From: Scyliorhinus canicula
Lineage: Eukaryota
Direction: 5' to 3'
NCBI RefSeq assembly: GCF_902713615.1
Contig: NW_024055454.1
Span: forward strand, 1-64,000
DNA length: 64,000 bases
In this document: positions 24,300-41,920 of the stretch, one piece after another
Numbering within the stretch: position 1 is the first letter of the stretch
Layout of the letters: each line of letters opens with the position of its first letter
Made by a program: the position numbers and the translations under genes
Notes under the pieces: model-generated
What the model saw: only the letters and a program-made list of their open reading frames with translations
What the model was told of the DNA's origin: nothing
The model's database searches: none

Positions 24300-27200
24300 C
24301 GACAAACAGAACAGAGCAGAAGAAATAGGAACAGGAGTCAGTCATTCAGCCCTTTGAGCTGCTCCAGCATTTAATCAGATCACGACTGATCTAACTCTCA
24401 CTCAGTCCACTTTCCTACCTTCCCTCACTAACTCTTAATTCCCCAACCGATTAAAAATATCAATCTCAGCCTTGCAACTGATCAAGGACTCGGCCTCCAC
24501 ATTTCCTGTTGTAAATAATTCCAAGATTCACCAGTTTGGGAGAAGAAATTCTTTCCTCATTTGGCAGTCCCTCCAAACACAGCATCACACGAGTGAACCT
24601 CCTTTGTGCTACGTCCAATGATAATATATCTTTCCTTAAATAAGACTGTACACATTATTCTAAATGTAGCCTCACTGGTAGCTTGTACAGTTGCAGCAAC
24701 ACAACTTGTGTGTAGACTCCAGCCCCCTTGAAATAAAACATGGAGGACTAGGCTAAAACTATGGCCTCTCCTTCTAGGCTGTCTAACAAGGGGAAACATC
24801 CGCCCTATGTCTACCCCATCAATCCCCTTTAGCATCTTATATACCTCAATTAGATCTCCTCTCATTCTTCTAAACTCTACTGAGTATTGGCCTAAACTTC
24901 TCAAATCCCTCTTCACAAGACAATCAATCTAGTGAACCTTCTCTGAACTGCCTCTAATGCATTTATGTCATTGTCCAAGTAAGGTACCAAAACTGCAGCA
25001 TTCCAGATGTGGTCTCACCAACACCCTGTACAGTTACAACAGCACTGCCCTACTTTATACTCTATTCCATTAGCAATGAAGCCAAAATTCCATTTGCCTT
25101 CCTTATTACCTGCTGCACCTGCAGACTGTCTGCGATCCATGCACAAGGGCACCAAGATACCTTTGTACAAAAGCATTTTGAACTTTCTCTCCATTTAGAT
25201 AATAAGGTGCCTCTTTATTCCTCTCACCAAAATGGATAACCACCACTTATGCACGTTAAATTCCATCTGCCACATTTTTGCCCACTCACCTATTTCTCAT
25301 TTCAGCTTGCTTTCCCACCCATTTCAGTGTTAGCTGCAAATTTGGCTATTGTAAGACCATAAGATATAGAAGCAGAATTAGGCCACTCGGCCCATCGGGT
25401 CTGCTCCGCCAATCAATCATGGCTGATATTTTCTCATCCCCATTCTCTTGCCTTCTCCCCATAATCCCTAATCCCCTTATTAATCAAGAACCTATTTATG
25501 TCTTAAAGACACTCAGTAATTTGGCCTCCACAGCCTTCTGCGGCAAAGAGCTCCGCAGATTCACCACCCTCAGGCTGAAGAAACTCCTCCTCATCTCTGT
25601 TTTAAAGGATCGGCCCTTTAGTCTGAGATGGTGTCCTCTGGTTCTAGATTTTCCTACAAGTGGAAACATCCTCTCCATGTCCACTCTATCCAGGCCTCGC
25701 AGTATCCTGTAAGTTTCAATAAGGTCCCCCCTAATCCTTCTAAACTCCAACAGACCCAGAGTCCTCAACCGTTCCTCATACGACAAGCTCATCATTCCAG
25801 GAATCATTCTTGGGGAAACTCCTCTGGACCCTTTCCAAGGCCAGCACATCCTTCCTTAAATATGGAGCCCCAAACCACTCACAATACTCCAAATGGGGTC
25901 TGTCCAGAGCCATATACAACCTCAGAAGCACATCCCTGGTCTTGTATTCAAGCCCTCTTGACGTGAATGCTAGCATTGCATTTGCCTTCTTAACTGCCGA
26001 CTGAACCTGCACATTAATCTTCAGAGAATTGTGAACAAGGACTCCCAAGTCCCTTTGTGCTTCTGATTTCCTCATCATTTCCCCATTTAGAAAATAGCCG
26101 ATGCCTAAATGTCTCCTTCCAAAGTGTATAACCTCACACTTTTCCACGTTGTATTTAATTTGCCACTTTATTGCCCACTCTCCAAGCTTGTCCAAGTCCT
26201 TCTGCAGCCCCCTTGCTTCCTCAATACTACCTGTCCCTCTACAGATCTTTGGATCATCTGCAAACTTAGCAACAGTGCCTTCAGTACCTTCTTCCAGATC
26301 ATGAATCATACAGTCTATCTCTCCCATAATCATGAATATAGACTGTAAATAGTTGGGGGCCAAGGACCGAACCCTGTGCCACACCACTAGTTACAGCTTG
26401 CCAACCAGAAAAAGACAGAAGAGTATAATCATGGACCCCTCACAATTGTGGTATTTTCTCTTCCATCGGGCAGAAGATACTAAAGTCTGAGAACACACAC
26501 CAAAAGATTCAAAAACTGTTTCTTCCATGCTGTTACCAGACTCCTGAATGACCCTCTTATGGATTGAACTGATCTCTCCACAGCATCTTCTCCACGGAGT
26601 AGTACTACACTCCTAATGCTTCATCCCATATCTATGAATTTACATTGTGTTTTTATTGTATGTCCGATGTTTTTCATGCATGGAACAATCTGCCTGGACT
26701 GTACCCAGAACAATAATTTTCACTGTACCTCGGTACATGTGTGAATAAATGTAATTCTAATCTAAATCTAATATAATCTAATCCCCACTCTCTGCTGTTG
26801 GTTAGCCAATCCTCTATCCAAGCTCATATATTACCTCTCGGCCCCATGGGATCTTATCTTGTTTATTACAAAGAAAAGTACAGCACAGGAACAGGCCCTT
26901 CAGCCCTCCAAGCCTGTGCTGACCATGCTGCCTGTCTAAACTAAAATCTTCTACACTTCCGGGGCCCGTATACCTCTATTTCCATCCGATCATGTATTTG
27001 TCAAGATGCCCCTTAACATCACTATCGTCCCTGCTTCCACCACCTTCTACGACGTTGCCAGTTCTATATCCATCTTGCCAGCTCATCTCTAATCCGGTGT
27101 GACTTCACCTTTTGTGCCAGTCTGCCTTCAGGGACCTTGTCAAATGGCTTACTGAAGTCCACATAGACCACATCCACTGTCCTACCTGCATCAATCATCT

Positions 27201-28480
27201 TTATGACCTCCTCAAAAAACTCTATCAAGTTAGTGAGACACGACCTCCCCTTCACAAAACCATGCTGCCTCTCACTAATACGTCCACTTGCTTCCAAATG
27301 GGAGTAGATCCTGTCTCGAAGAATTCTCTCCAGTAATTTCCCTACCACTGACGTAATGCTCACCGGCCTGTAGTTCCCTGGATTATCCTTGCAACCCTTC
27401 TTAAACAAAGGAACAACATTGGCTACTCTCCAGTCCTCCGGGACATCACCTGAAGAGAGTGAGGATTCAAAGATTTCTGTCAAGGCCTCAGCAATTTCCT
27501 CTCTGGCCTCCTTTAGTATTCTAGGATAGATCCCATCAGGCTCTGGGGACTTATCCACCTTCATATTTTTCAAGACGCCCAACATCTCGCCTTTTTGGAT
27601 CTCAATGTGACCCAGGCTATCTACACACCCTTCTCCAGACTCCACATCCACCAATTCCTTTTCTTTGGTGAATACTTTAAAAAAAAATTTAGAGTACCCA
27701 ATTAATATTTTCCAATTAAGGGCAATTTAGCATGGCCAATCCACCTACTCTGCACATCTTTGGGTTGTGGGGGTGAAACCCACGCAAACACGGGGAGAAT
27801 GTGCAAACTCCACATGGACAGTGACCCATAGCCAGGATCGAACCTGGGACCTCAGCGCCTTGAGGCTGCAGGGCGAACCCACTGCGCCACCGTGCTGCTC
27901 GTTCTTTGGTGAATACTGATGCAAAGTATTCATTTCATACTTCGCCCATTTCCTCTGGCTCCACAAATAGATTCCCTCCCCTGTTCTTCAATGGGCCAAC
28001 CCTTTCCCTGGCAACCCTCTTGCTTTTTATGTACATGTAAAAAGCTGTGGGATTTTCCTTAACCCTATTTGCCAATGACTTTTTGTGACCCTTTTGAGCC
28101 CTCCTGACTCCTTGCTTAAGTTCTTTCCTACTTTCCTTATGTTCCACACAGGCTTTGTCTGTTACCAGCCTTCTAGCCCTGACAAATGCCTCCTTCCTCT
28201 TGTGTGACGCCTTATCAAATGTATTCTGGGAGTCCAAATACGCCAACAGGATCCCATTATCCACTTAGCTTGCTACATCTTCCAAGAACCCCAACAAATG
28301 ATTCAAAGATGATCTACCCTTCACAAAACCATGCTGACTCGGATGGATTGCAGTTTGACTTTCCAAATGTCCAGTTGCTACTTCCTCAACATGGATTCCA
28401 ACAGTTTACCAACAACAGGTTTTAAAGTAACTAGTTACCTACTTTCTGCCTTTTTGAACAGAGGGGTTACATTACACTTT
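24300..28480 (-). mobile_element. Array of CR1 ORF2 fragments (RT), with a V-SINE at 27677-27900 (-)
   Basis: ORFs 25776-26387 (AKFADDPK, RPHLEYC) and 27064-27654 (PGNYRPVSITSVVGKLLE, QHGFVKGRSCLTNLIEFF). Confidence 0.88.
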
Positions 28481-28619
28481 TCCACTAATGCAGTGACATT
28501 GTCACGGGGTCGGTCAGTGCCCCCCCGATGAGGTTGTTTGTGGAGAGAAGCCAAAAGTGACGGACAGTGAGAGTGTAGAATGTTCATTGTTTCACATTCG
28601 GCTCTGGGGTTTGTAACCC

Positions 28620-29200
28620 CCCCGCCCCCGCCGACCTCTCACCTGGCACCTCACAATGCGCGGAGTGATTGACGGCAGCACCGAGCCAATAGGCAAAGAG
28701 TGGGCGGGTCCGGGGAGTGGGCGGGTCCGGGGGACTGGTCGGGAGTGTCTGGTCCTCCAACCAATCAGCGTGAATGAGGAGGCGGGACTGGGCTGAGTGA
28801 AGTATGCGCAGTGTGATTAATGGCGATGGAGAAAATGTTCTTTCTCGGATTCACAATCCGTGAAGGTGGGAATGGCGGGACGGGGGGAGAGCTCGATCAG
28901 GCGGGTCATTAGAACGCATCGTGTTATATAAACCGAAAATCCGTAAAAATAACCAACCGGCACCTGGAGATCTGAGCGGGAGCTGCAGCTTTCTCACAGA
29001 CATGATTAAGCAAACGCCATCTTTATTTGGCTCTGGCAGACGTGCGCATGCGCCGTCTCAATATTGGGTTACTCGCAGCAGTGGGCATGCGCCATCGTCA
29101 TCCTTCTTTGGCTCACTGGCGGCAGTGCCAGCGCATCCACCATCTTTATTGGGGCGCGTACATCAGAGCGCATGCTCAGTCGCCATCATTGTTGGGGGCA
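28620..29200. promoter_or_regulatory. CpG-island promoter, possibly bidirectional; candidate first exon of ZNF-B on minus
   Basis: CCAAT boxes at ~28685 and ~28761; GC boxes GGGCGGG at ~28701 and ~28718; several GCGCATGCG-like NRF1 motifs at 29042-29180; YY1-like CGCCATCTT at ~29016; minus-strand donor CAG|GTGAG at 28638-28645. Confidence 0.7.
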
Positions 29201-29899
29201 ACATTTTTGAAACGTTCGTTCATGACAGAATGTTCAGCAAACTGCTTCACTCTGAGTTACAAATTCCTATTTATGGGGCAGAATATATGTCCAGGGTAGT
29301 GACAATAATTCTAATTTATATTGTGAACAGAATAAAACGTTTTAGACTTTCAGAGAAACGTTACAAAGTGACAATTGACACTGAGCCACATGAGGAGATT
29401 AGATTTTAAGGACAATCTTAACGGAGGAAAGTGTGTCGGAGAGTTTTAAGGAGGAAATTGCGGCCTTGGCAACACAGTAATGGTGGAGAGATTAAAATTG
29501 GGAATGCTGAAGTGGCTCGAATTAAATAAGTGCAGATATCTCAAAGGTTTTGACTCATATTTATAAACGTTATAAGGGATAATATTCTGGATAAAAGTCA
29601 ATTATTTAACACAATTGTGTTGAATCTTTTAACATTCCATCACAAGTTTGTTCCATTTGAAGATCTCTCCCTCTCCCCGTCTCCTCCATCCTCACCTCAC
29701 ATGTGTGGAGTTCATGAAGCTTCATTCTCATTAAAATTGAGACAATCTGATCAGCTGCCTCTGCTGCTTTCCTCTAATCCACTGGGCCAAACTGTCTCGA
29801 TAATTCCACCTGGCCTGAGCTCTGAACTCATCTTTCTCCAGTTTCTCTCTGACCCTCTATCTTCCTCAGAGCTCATCTTGTCCATTAGACCTGCCTCCT

Positions 29900-30160
29900 G
29901 CCCCCGGGACCTGGGTTTGGTTCCGGCTTGGGTCAGTGTCTGTGCGGAGTCTGCACGTTCTCCCCGTGTCTGTGTGGGTTTCTTCTGGGTGCTCCGGTTT
30001 CCTCCCACAAACCGTGTTTATTGGGTGAATTGGACATTCTGAATTCTCCCTCTGTGTACCCGAACTGGCACTGGAATGTGGTGACTAGGGGGTTTTCACA
30101 GTAACTTCATTGCAGTGTTAATGTAAACCTACTTGTGACAATAATAAAGATTGTTTGATT
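29900..30160 (+). mobile_element. V-SINE head and body carrying the SINE family 2-type tail (also 39785-40040)
   Basis: V-SINE 5' body followed by gaatgtggtgactagggggttttcacagtaacttcattg...cctacttgtgacaataa. Confidence 0.75.
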
Positions 30161-30164
30161 ATTA

Positions 30165-31045
30165 TTATTTAACCAGATTCTCACAAACTGCTGACCATTC
30201 AACTTCTCCATGTTGTGTGATATTGTGAATAGCTCTGTCTCTCGGTCCTGTTGCTTGTCTTTAAATGCACCATCATCACCCATCCTAAAACAATATTTAA
30301 CTCCACCATCATTGCAAACCACCGCATCAAAACCTCCCTTTCCTCTCCAAAGTCCATGTACTTGGTGTTCCCAAGGATCTATCCTCGGCCCCTCCTATTT
30401 CCCATCTACAAGCTGCCACTCGGTGACATCATTCCAAAGCACCGTGTTAGTTTTCACATGTACACTGACAACACCCAGCTCTACCTCACCCCAATCCCTC
30501 TCCATTTCTCCACTGTTACTAAATTATCAAACTGCTTATCCCACATCCGGTACTGGATGAGCAGAAATTTCCTCCAATTAAATATTGGGAAGACCAAAGC
30601 CATTGTCTTCAGTCACCATTCGAAATTCCCTTTCCTAACTCCCGAGTCCATCCCTCTCCCTGGGAACTGTCTGAGGCTGAACCACACTCTGCACAATCTC
30701 TGTGTCAGATCTGACCCCAAGATGAGTTTCTGACTATATATCCAAACCATCACTAATAACAGATACTTCAATCTCCATAATGTCGCCGGTCTCCACCCCA
30801 CACCCCAGCTCATCTGCTGCTGAAACCCTCATCCATGTCCCTGTTACCTTTAGACTTGATTCCAATACATTCCTACCCTGCCTCTCACATTCACCCCACA
30901 CGGAAACGTGAGATCATCCAAACCTCTGCTGGCCATGTATTTTCTCACACAAAGTCCTGTTCACCATCGCCCCTATCCTCACTGACCTACATTGGCTCAG
31001 ATTAAACAATGTCTCCATTATAAAATTTGCATTCATGTTGTCAAA
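30165..31045 (+). mobile_element. L2-clade LINE RT fragment
   Basis: [33 protein letters not shown] and [19 protein letters not shown]. Confidence 0.85.
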
Positions 31046-31054
31046 TCTCTCCAT

Positions 31055-31335
31055 GGCCATGAACATCATCAGTCTTTAAGCATGGAAGCAAAGAGCCCTG
31101 TTCAATGTGGGAGAAACAGTTCACGTGTTCTGAATGTGGATGATATTTTAGCCGATGGTCTGACCTTTCGAACGATATGTAGTCACGCTGGAAGAAACCT
31201 TGGAAATCTGGGGGCTGTGGAATAGATTTAATCAGACCGGGAGATTCATCGAACTGTTCACACTGAGGAGCGACCGTTAATGTTCTCCGTGTGTGGAGGA
31301 AGAGATTCACTCAGTTCACCAGCCTCACTTCATCA
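31055..31335 (+). pseudogene. Degenerate C2H2 zinc-finger pseudogene fragment
   Basis: [30 protein letters not shown] and RFTQFTSL remnants with stops and frameshifts; similar to the N-terminus of ZNF-B. Confidence 0.75.
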
Positions 31336-31702
31336 TGGTCAATCTGTACTGGACTGGTACCAAGTCCAATGTATCTTTCCTGAAATTTGGTGGCCAGTAC
31401 GGAACACAGTTCATGCAGGAAAAGACAGCAGGAATTTCTCTAATCTGTGATTTACAAGGACACATTCTTGGTTCCCAGCAGTTATGTTTCTGCAGTAATT
31501 TCCTCATTTTCCCTAAACTACCCTGCCTGTTAATTCTATTATTTCTGATAATTCCATTGCTGTAGCTATAAACATCACACGTTAGAATTTAATTTGTTCC
31601 ATTATTCACTCTGGTTTAAGTTTATGTTGAGGTTAACAACAGGCAAACTCTGTCCTCTCCCCAATCCGATTACAGTTTCCAATGAGTCGATGCTGTGGAA
31701 TG

Positions 31703-31829
31703 GAATGTCTGATCAGCGTTTCCACGGTGACCTGTTTGCAGAGAAAGAATGTCTTATCAGCGTTTCCACGGTGACCTGTCTGCAGTGCAGGAATGTCTGA
31801 TCAGAGTTTCCATGGTGACCTGTCTGCAA
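31703..31829. repeat. 3 x 44 bp tandem repeat
   Basis: gaatgtct.atcag.gtttcca.ggtgacctgt starts at 31703, 31747 and 31791. Confidence 0.9.
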
Positions 31830-31899
31830 TGAAGCGCCTGTTTGATTTTCTAACTTCTCTCCCATAACACACATTATATCAGACATTGGATGTCAATAT

Positions 31900-32560
31900 A
31901 TTTCAGCCATGTTTTGTTAATGTTTCCAAAACCCTAAAAGGAGTTCAGATACACAAACTTTTCAATGTGGGAGGACAAGTTGATAAAGCGTTTAAAAAAC
32001 ACATGGGATCCAAGGTTTTATAATTCTGGGTGTGGAGTACAAAAGGACAGAGGTCATGTAAACCTGTACAGATCATTGGTTAGGCTGCAGTTGGAATATT
32101 AGATCAGGTTTTGGGGATCTTGCACCAGGAAGGATGTCAAGGCCTTGGAGAGGGTGTAGAAAAGATTCACTGAGATGATCCCAGGGAAGAGAGGCTTTAG
32201 TTACCAGGAGGGATTAGAGAAACTGGGGCTCTTTTCATTCGAACAACGGCTGACTGGAGATCAGAGGGAGGGGTTTTGATTCCGGCCTTGGGTGACTCTG
32301 TAGGGTTTGCACTTCCTCCCCGTGTCTGCGTGAGTTCCTTCCGGGTGCTCCAATTTCCTCCCTCAGTCCAAAGATTGTAGCGCTAACAAGATACACAGGT
32401 TAGGTGGATTGGCCATAATAAGAGATTTCCCCTGAGTGTCCAAAGGTTAGGTGGGGTTCTGGGAATAGGGTGGAGGAGTGGTCCTGAGTGAGGTGCCATA
32501 TTGGAGGGTCAGTGCAGACCTGATGGGCTGAATGGCCTCCTTCTGCATTGTAGAGATTCT
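31900..32560 (+). mobile_element. Degenerate CR1 fragment followed by a V-SINE (32275-32560)
   Basis: LERV.KRFTEMIPG-like translation; V domain and tail. Confidence 0.75.
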
Positions 32561-32650
32561 ATGGAACAGAAAAAGACACATATGAAATATCAAGCAGACT
32601 GTACAACAATGTTCAGGACTCTCACTGTACCTTTGGGCCTGCGTGGTGGT

Positions 32651-32684
<34 letters not shown>

Positions 32685-33005
32685 GAGAGACAGTGGGGGG
32701 ACCGGTGATGGTTTCTATTATGTCTGACTGAAATGTAATTTTTAAAGTGAAGGGTGTCTGTACTGGAAAATCTGAGTACCAAGTGCCAGCTTGAACCATT
32801 CTCCAATCAGTTACAGCACAGCTCCCTCTACGTTGCCCCATGAAACATTCCCAAGACTGATACAAAATGGTGTTAGATGCAGAGTAAATCTCCCTCGATG
32901 CTGTCCCCATCAAACACTTCCATGATCGGTATAGCACAAGGTTGGGTACAATGTAAATGGTCCTCTGCACTGTCCCCATCAAACAGTCAAAGGACAGGTA
33001 CAGCA

Positions 33006-37476
<4,471 letters not shown>

Positions 37477-37689
37477 CCTCAATCAGAAATCTGCCTGTGG
37501 CTGTGGGTGGGGGGGGGGGGGGGGGGGGGGTCAGGCATGTGATATGGGTGGGGGAGTAGCTGCCTTACCACAGGTTCTGGTGCCACTCGCCTATAATCTG
37601 ACAGTTATCCTGATTGCCTGGCACTCATCTCCCTAATCCTTGAATTAATATTTGTTATCGTGTCCCTGGAAGACTCAGAGTCGGATTGG

Positions 37690-38860
37690 TAGGATTATGC
37701 CGGAAAAAGTGAAGAAATCATCGATAAACAGCGCAGGTGGATTCAGCGGGAATGGAGCCACCTTTTCAACATGGCGGCCTGACCCTCGGGAGGTCTCGAC
37801 CCCCCGCTCTCCAGGGCTCTCTGGGAGGCGGCGAAAATGATAACTGCCAACATTATCCATGGTTTTGACCAGAGGCTGAGTGTGCTGACTCAATATCTGT
37901 GAGCTCATGTGGCCCAGTTGCAAAACCCCATGAAGAGGCTTGATGATCCGGAGGAGAAAATCCTGAACATTCAGCAAGATGCCTCAAATCTAATCCTTTG
38001 AAAACCAGCTGAGTGGCTGGCGGAGGTCCTGGAGGACCGAGGGTCAGAGAAAGAACATCTGAGCCGTTGGCCTGTCTGATGGTCATAACAGAATGTACAG
38101 CGCAGGAGGCCACTCGGCCCATTGAGTCTGAGCCTTGGAAACAGCACCCCACCCAAGCCCAAATCCCATCCCCGTAACACAGTAACCCCACCTAACCTTT
38201 TATTTGGGCACTAAGGGAAATTTATCATGGCCAATTCACCTAACCTGCACATCTTAGGACTCTGGGAGGAAACCTACGCAGACATGGGGAGAACGTGCAG
38301 ATTCCAGACAGACAGTGACCCAAGCCAGGAATCAAACCTGGGACCTTGGAGCATTGGAGCAACTGTGCTAACCACTGTGCTACCGTGCTGCCCAAAAATG
38401 CTGTTATTTTTTGTCCATTTAGTGTGGAGGGTAAGACTCCCGTTAGGTTCTTCAAGGACCGACTGCCACGTTTTCTCAAGCTGGATGTAAAGCCTGGGCG
38501 TTTCAAATTAGAAACGGTGCATCGGTCTGTGAGTCCGAGGGATAGTTTTCATCCAGGCCAGTAATAATTCGCTTCCACAACTTGAAAGAAGGTCCTGGAG
38601 AGGGAACGACGAGGTAGCACCTGGCTCCAGGAAGGAGTGAGGATTTACGTGTTCCAGGACTTTTCGGCAGCAACACAAACGAATCGTCGAGGCTTCGATG
38701 AAGTTCAAAGGCAGCTCAAGGCTGTGGGGAGTGAATTACGACAGGCTTTATCCTGAGACCCGAAAAATGGTATCCAACAACTCTGTCAAGTCTTTCAATA
38801 ATCCAACTATTGCCTTGGTCTTCATTAAATCCATGAAGGGCAACGATCTCGAGGGATGGT
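37690..38860 (+). mobile_element. Degenerate L1 ORF1 of a different family, interrupted by a V-SINE (38085-38395, -); no ORF2
   Basis: LEDRG..K.I-like motif and a C-terminal FQDFSAA...RRGFDEV...LYP...FNNP, typical of the ORF1p CTD, with frameshifts. Confidence 0.65.
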
Positions 38861-38974
38861 TTGCAGCTCGGGCTAACTCAGGTTCTAATCCAGACTCTTT
38901 CCCTGTCATGGTATTGTCTGAATTTCAGAATCACAGAAATACACACAGGGACAGGAGTAGACCATTCAGCCCTT

Positions 38975-39329
38975 CATAGAACATAGAACAGTACAGCACA
39001 GAACAGGCCCTTCGGCCCTCAATGTTGTGCCGAGCCATGATCACCCTACTCAAACCCACGTATCCACCCTATACCCGTAACCCAACAACCCCCCCCCCCC
39101 CCCGCTTAACCTTACTTTTATTAGGACACTACGGGAATTTAGCATGGCCAATCCACCTAACCCGCACATCTTTGGACTGTGGGAGGAAACCGGAGCACCC
39201 GGAGGAAACCCACGCACACAGGGGGAGGACGTGCAGACTCCACACAGACAGTGACCCAGCCGGGAATCGAACCTGGGATCCTGGAGCTGTGAAGCATTTA
39301 TGCTAACCACCATGCTACCCTGCTGCCCC
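38975..39329 (-). mobile_element. V-SINE, full length, young subfamily
   Basis: A/B boxes, V domain and a tail ending (ctatgtt)n; near-identical to 40918-41245. Confidence 0.92.
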
Positions 39330-39334
39330 CTTCG

Positions 39335-39750
39335 AGTCTGTCCTGCCATTTAGTGGGATCAGACTGATCAGTGACCTAACCCCATATCCATTAATATCTT
39401 TGCTCAACAAAACTCAGATTTAAACTTAACAACTGTTCCAGCTTCACCTGCTGTTTGTGGGAAAGAGTTCCAAACCTCTCCCACCCCGTGTGTGAAGATG
39501 TTCTTCCTAACATCTCTCCTGAACGGTCCAGCCCTGATTTTTAGACAATGATCCCTAGTTTTAGCATCTCCAACCAGTGGAAATAGTTGATCTTTATCTA
39601 CCCTGTCTTTCCCTGATAATATCTTAAATATTTCAATTAGATCACACCTTAAATGTCCAAATTCTAGCGAAAACAGGACTAATTTGTGGTTAAAACTTTG
39701 GGTCAGAGCCGCTGCGATCTCTCCCTCGCCTCCCACAGCATCCTGTGACA
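39335..39750 (-). mobile_element. CR1 3' fragment
   Basis: DLIEIFKILSG.DRVDKD.LFPLVG. Confidence 0.8.
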
Positions 39751-40439
39751 CAATTCATCCAGAATTAGTAATCTAATAATCTTATGGGTGGTATGGTAGG
39801 TTAGCACCAGGGACCTGGATTTGATTCCGCAGTTGGTTCACTGTCTGTGGGGAGTCTGTATGTTCTCTCTGTGTTTGCATGGGGTTTTTCCGGGTGCTCC
39901 AGTTTCCTCCCACAAGATGAGCTTGTTAGGTGAATTGGACATTCTGAATTCTCACTCTGTGTACCCGAACAGGCTCCAGAGTGTGGCGACTGGGGGATTT
40001 TCAGTGTAACTTCATTGCTGTGTTAATGTAAACCTACTTGTGGCAATAATAAAGATTATTATGAATGGGCCAAAGGGCCTCTATCCGTGCTGTAAAGAGA
40101 GGGAATGAAAAGAGAGGGAATGAATGAGAAGGACTTTACAGAGAAACTGCCAAAGCCACAACATTCACCAGCTCTAAGGACACACCTTAGCTCCCTTTCC
40201 AATCTGAAAGCAGCCTGAGCTGGATTTACATTCCCCTTAATTCATCATTGCTGGGTGATAATCCTGTACTTCCTTACCTCACACCACTGTGACAGCACCT
40301 TCACTACACAGACTGCAGCAACTGACCAAACATCACCTTCCCAGTTATTCCTGAATAACCTGGGCCTTCCCAACCTGGCCCCTTGCCTGAGGTGTGGTGA
40401 TCCTCAGGTCACATCACTGCCGGTCAGCTCTCTCTCCTG

Positions 40440-40560
40440 GGACCAGGCCCTGCTTCACAGCCGCCATCTTGGGGAACCAGAGCGCATGCGCTGGCATCTT
40501 GGTGACGCAACAGCTGGTGGGCGGGACCTGAAGGTTTCTGTTCCCAACCGGGTCCTAGTG
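40440..40560 (-). promoter_or_regulatory. NRF1/YY1 promoter module, candidate for ZNF-C
   Basis: GCGCATGCGC at 40482-40491; GCCGCCATCTT (AAGATGGCGGC on minus) at 40460-40470. Confidence 0.6.
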
Positions 40561-40917
40561 CCCTGAGGTCGACAAAATTGCAACAGGTTTTTTAAATGTT
40601 TCACCCACTCCCAGGCTGAAGCTGATGTTTGCAGGCTGGAGGTGTCTCTGTATCGCGGATACATTCAGTGCGAGAGGCTACAGCCTCTATATAGCTACCT
40701 GAAGGGGGTTATACAACGGGTGATTACATTTCGTGGTCGCTTCCTGTCCATTATCAGGATGTTTGTGTGATTTTTCTGACCTCAGCGTGATATTTCTTTA
40801 TTTAAAATACATTTCAGCAGCAAACTTACTGGTGATTTTTAAAGGAATAAAGGTTATTTATTTTCACAACCTTTCCCTGGATGTTTGCGCATCTAAGTAT
40901 CACGGTACTTGCGCATA

Positions 40918-41245
40918 GGGTATCACGGTAGCATGGTGGTTAGCATAAATGCTTCACAGCTCCAGGGTCCCAGGTTCGATTCCCGGCTGGGTCACTGTCT
41001 GTGTGGAGTCTGCACGTCCTCCCCGTGTGTGCATGGGTTTCCTCCGGGTGCTCCGGTTTCCTCCCACAGTCCAAAGATGTGCGGGTTAGGTGGATTGGCC
41101 ATGCTAAATTGCCCGTAGTGTCCTAATGTTAAGGGGGGGAGTTGTTGGGTTACGGGTATAGGGTGGGTTTGAGTAGGGTGATCATTGCTCAGCACAACAT
41201 CGAGGGCCGAAGGGCCTGTTCTGTGCTGTACTGTTCTATGTTCTA
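40918..41245 (+). mobile_element. V-SINE, full length, young subfamily
   Basis: Same modules as the copy at 38975-39329, opposite strand. Confidence 0.92.
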
Positions 41246-41920
41246 AGTCTCTTGGCTCTTTCACTCACTGACATAAACAGAAATTAGGTACAGGTCAAGT
41301 TGAAGCTGTGATGATAAACATGGAATGTAGACTGCAATCTTTATATCGCTGCAGGTCTGTTATCCTCTTATTGAGGTGATCCTTTAGTTGGAGTGAAGGT
41401 TTTTAGACACAAATAATTCTCATGAGTCTCTGAAGCTTCTCATATGAAGACATAGGAGCAGAATTAGGCCATTTGGTCCATCGAGTCTGCTCCGCCATTC
41501 AATCATGGCTGATAAGCCTACTTGTGACAGTAAATATTATTATTATTATAGGCGGGGGGGGGGGGGGGGGGGGGGTTACTCTGGCAGCCGACTTCTGTTC
41601 CGTGGACTTGTCTATTCCCAGTGGCGCTGCAGAGGGAGCAGGTGATATCCAACGGAATGCTTGACACCTTCCACACCCAGTGGATTCCTCAGCGGACAGT
41701 GTTTCAGAGACACTGGGAACAATATTCTGGTTCAGTTAGGAAGGTTCCCTACACTTTTGTTGGGACTTCTAGCTGATTTTGGTCTTATATTTTGACTCGA
41801 CCACATGCTTGGGGAAAGCAAGAGAGGAAAGAAGGTTCGATATAAACTAGAATGATATGTTGTGAATTTCTATCCCATTCTTAGTGAGCACAGTGATCAT
41901 TTTGTAAACTTATTTTTCAG

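Noticed and set aside
31025-31032. Ig octamer ATTTGCAT
   Set aside because: It sits inside an L2 remnant, far from any V leader, and is expected by chance.
32650-32682. Long G or C homopolymers (also 1-17, 14575-14596, 37507-37529, 41554-41575, 52242-52267)
   Set aside because: Their lengths are unreliable and may be sequencing artefacts or SINE-associated expansions; no function inferred.
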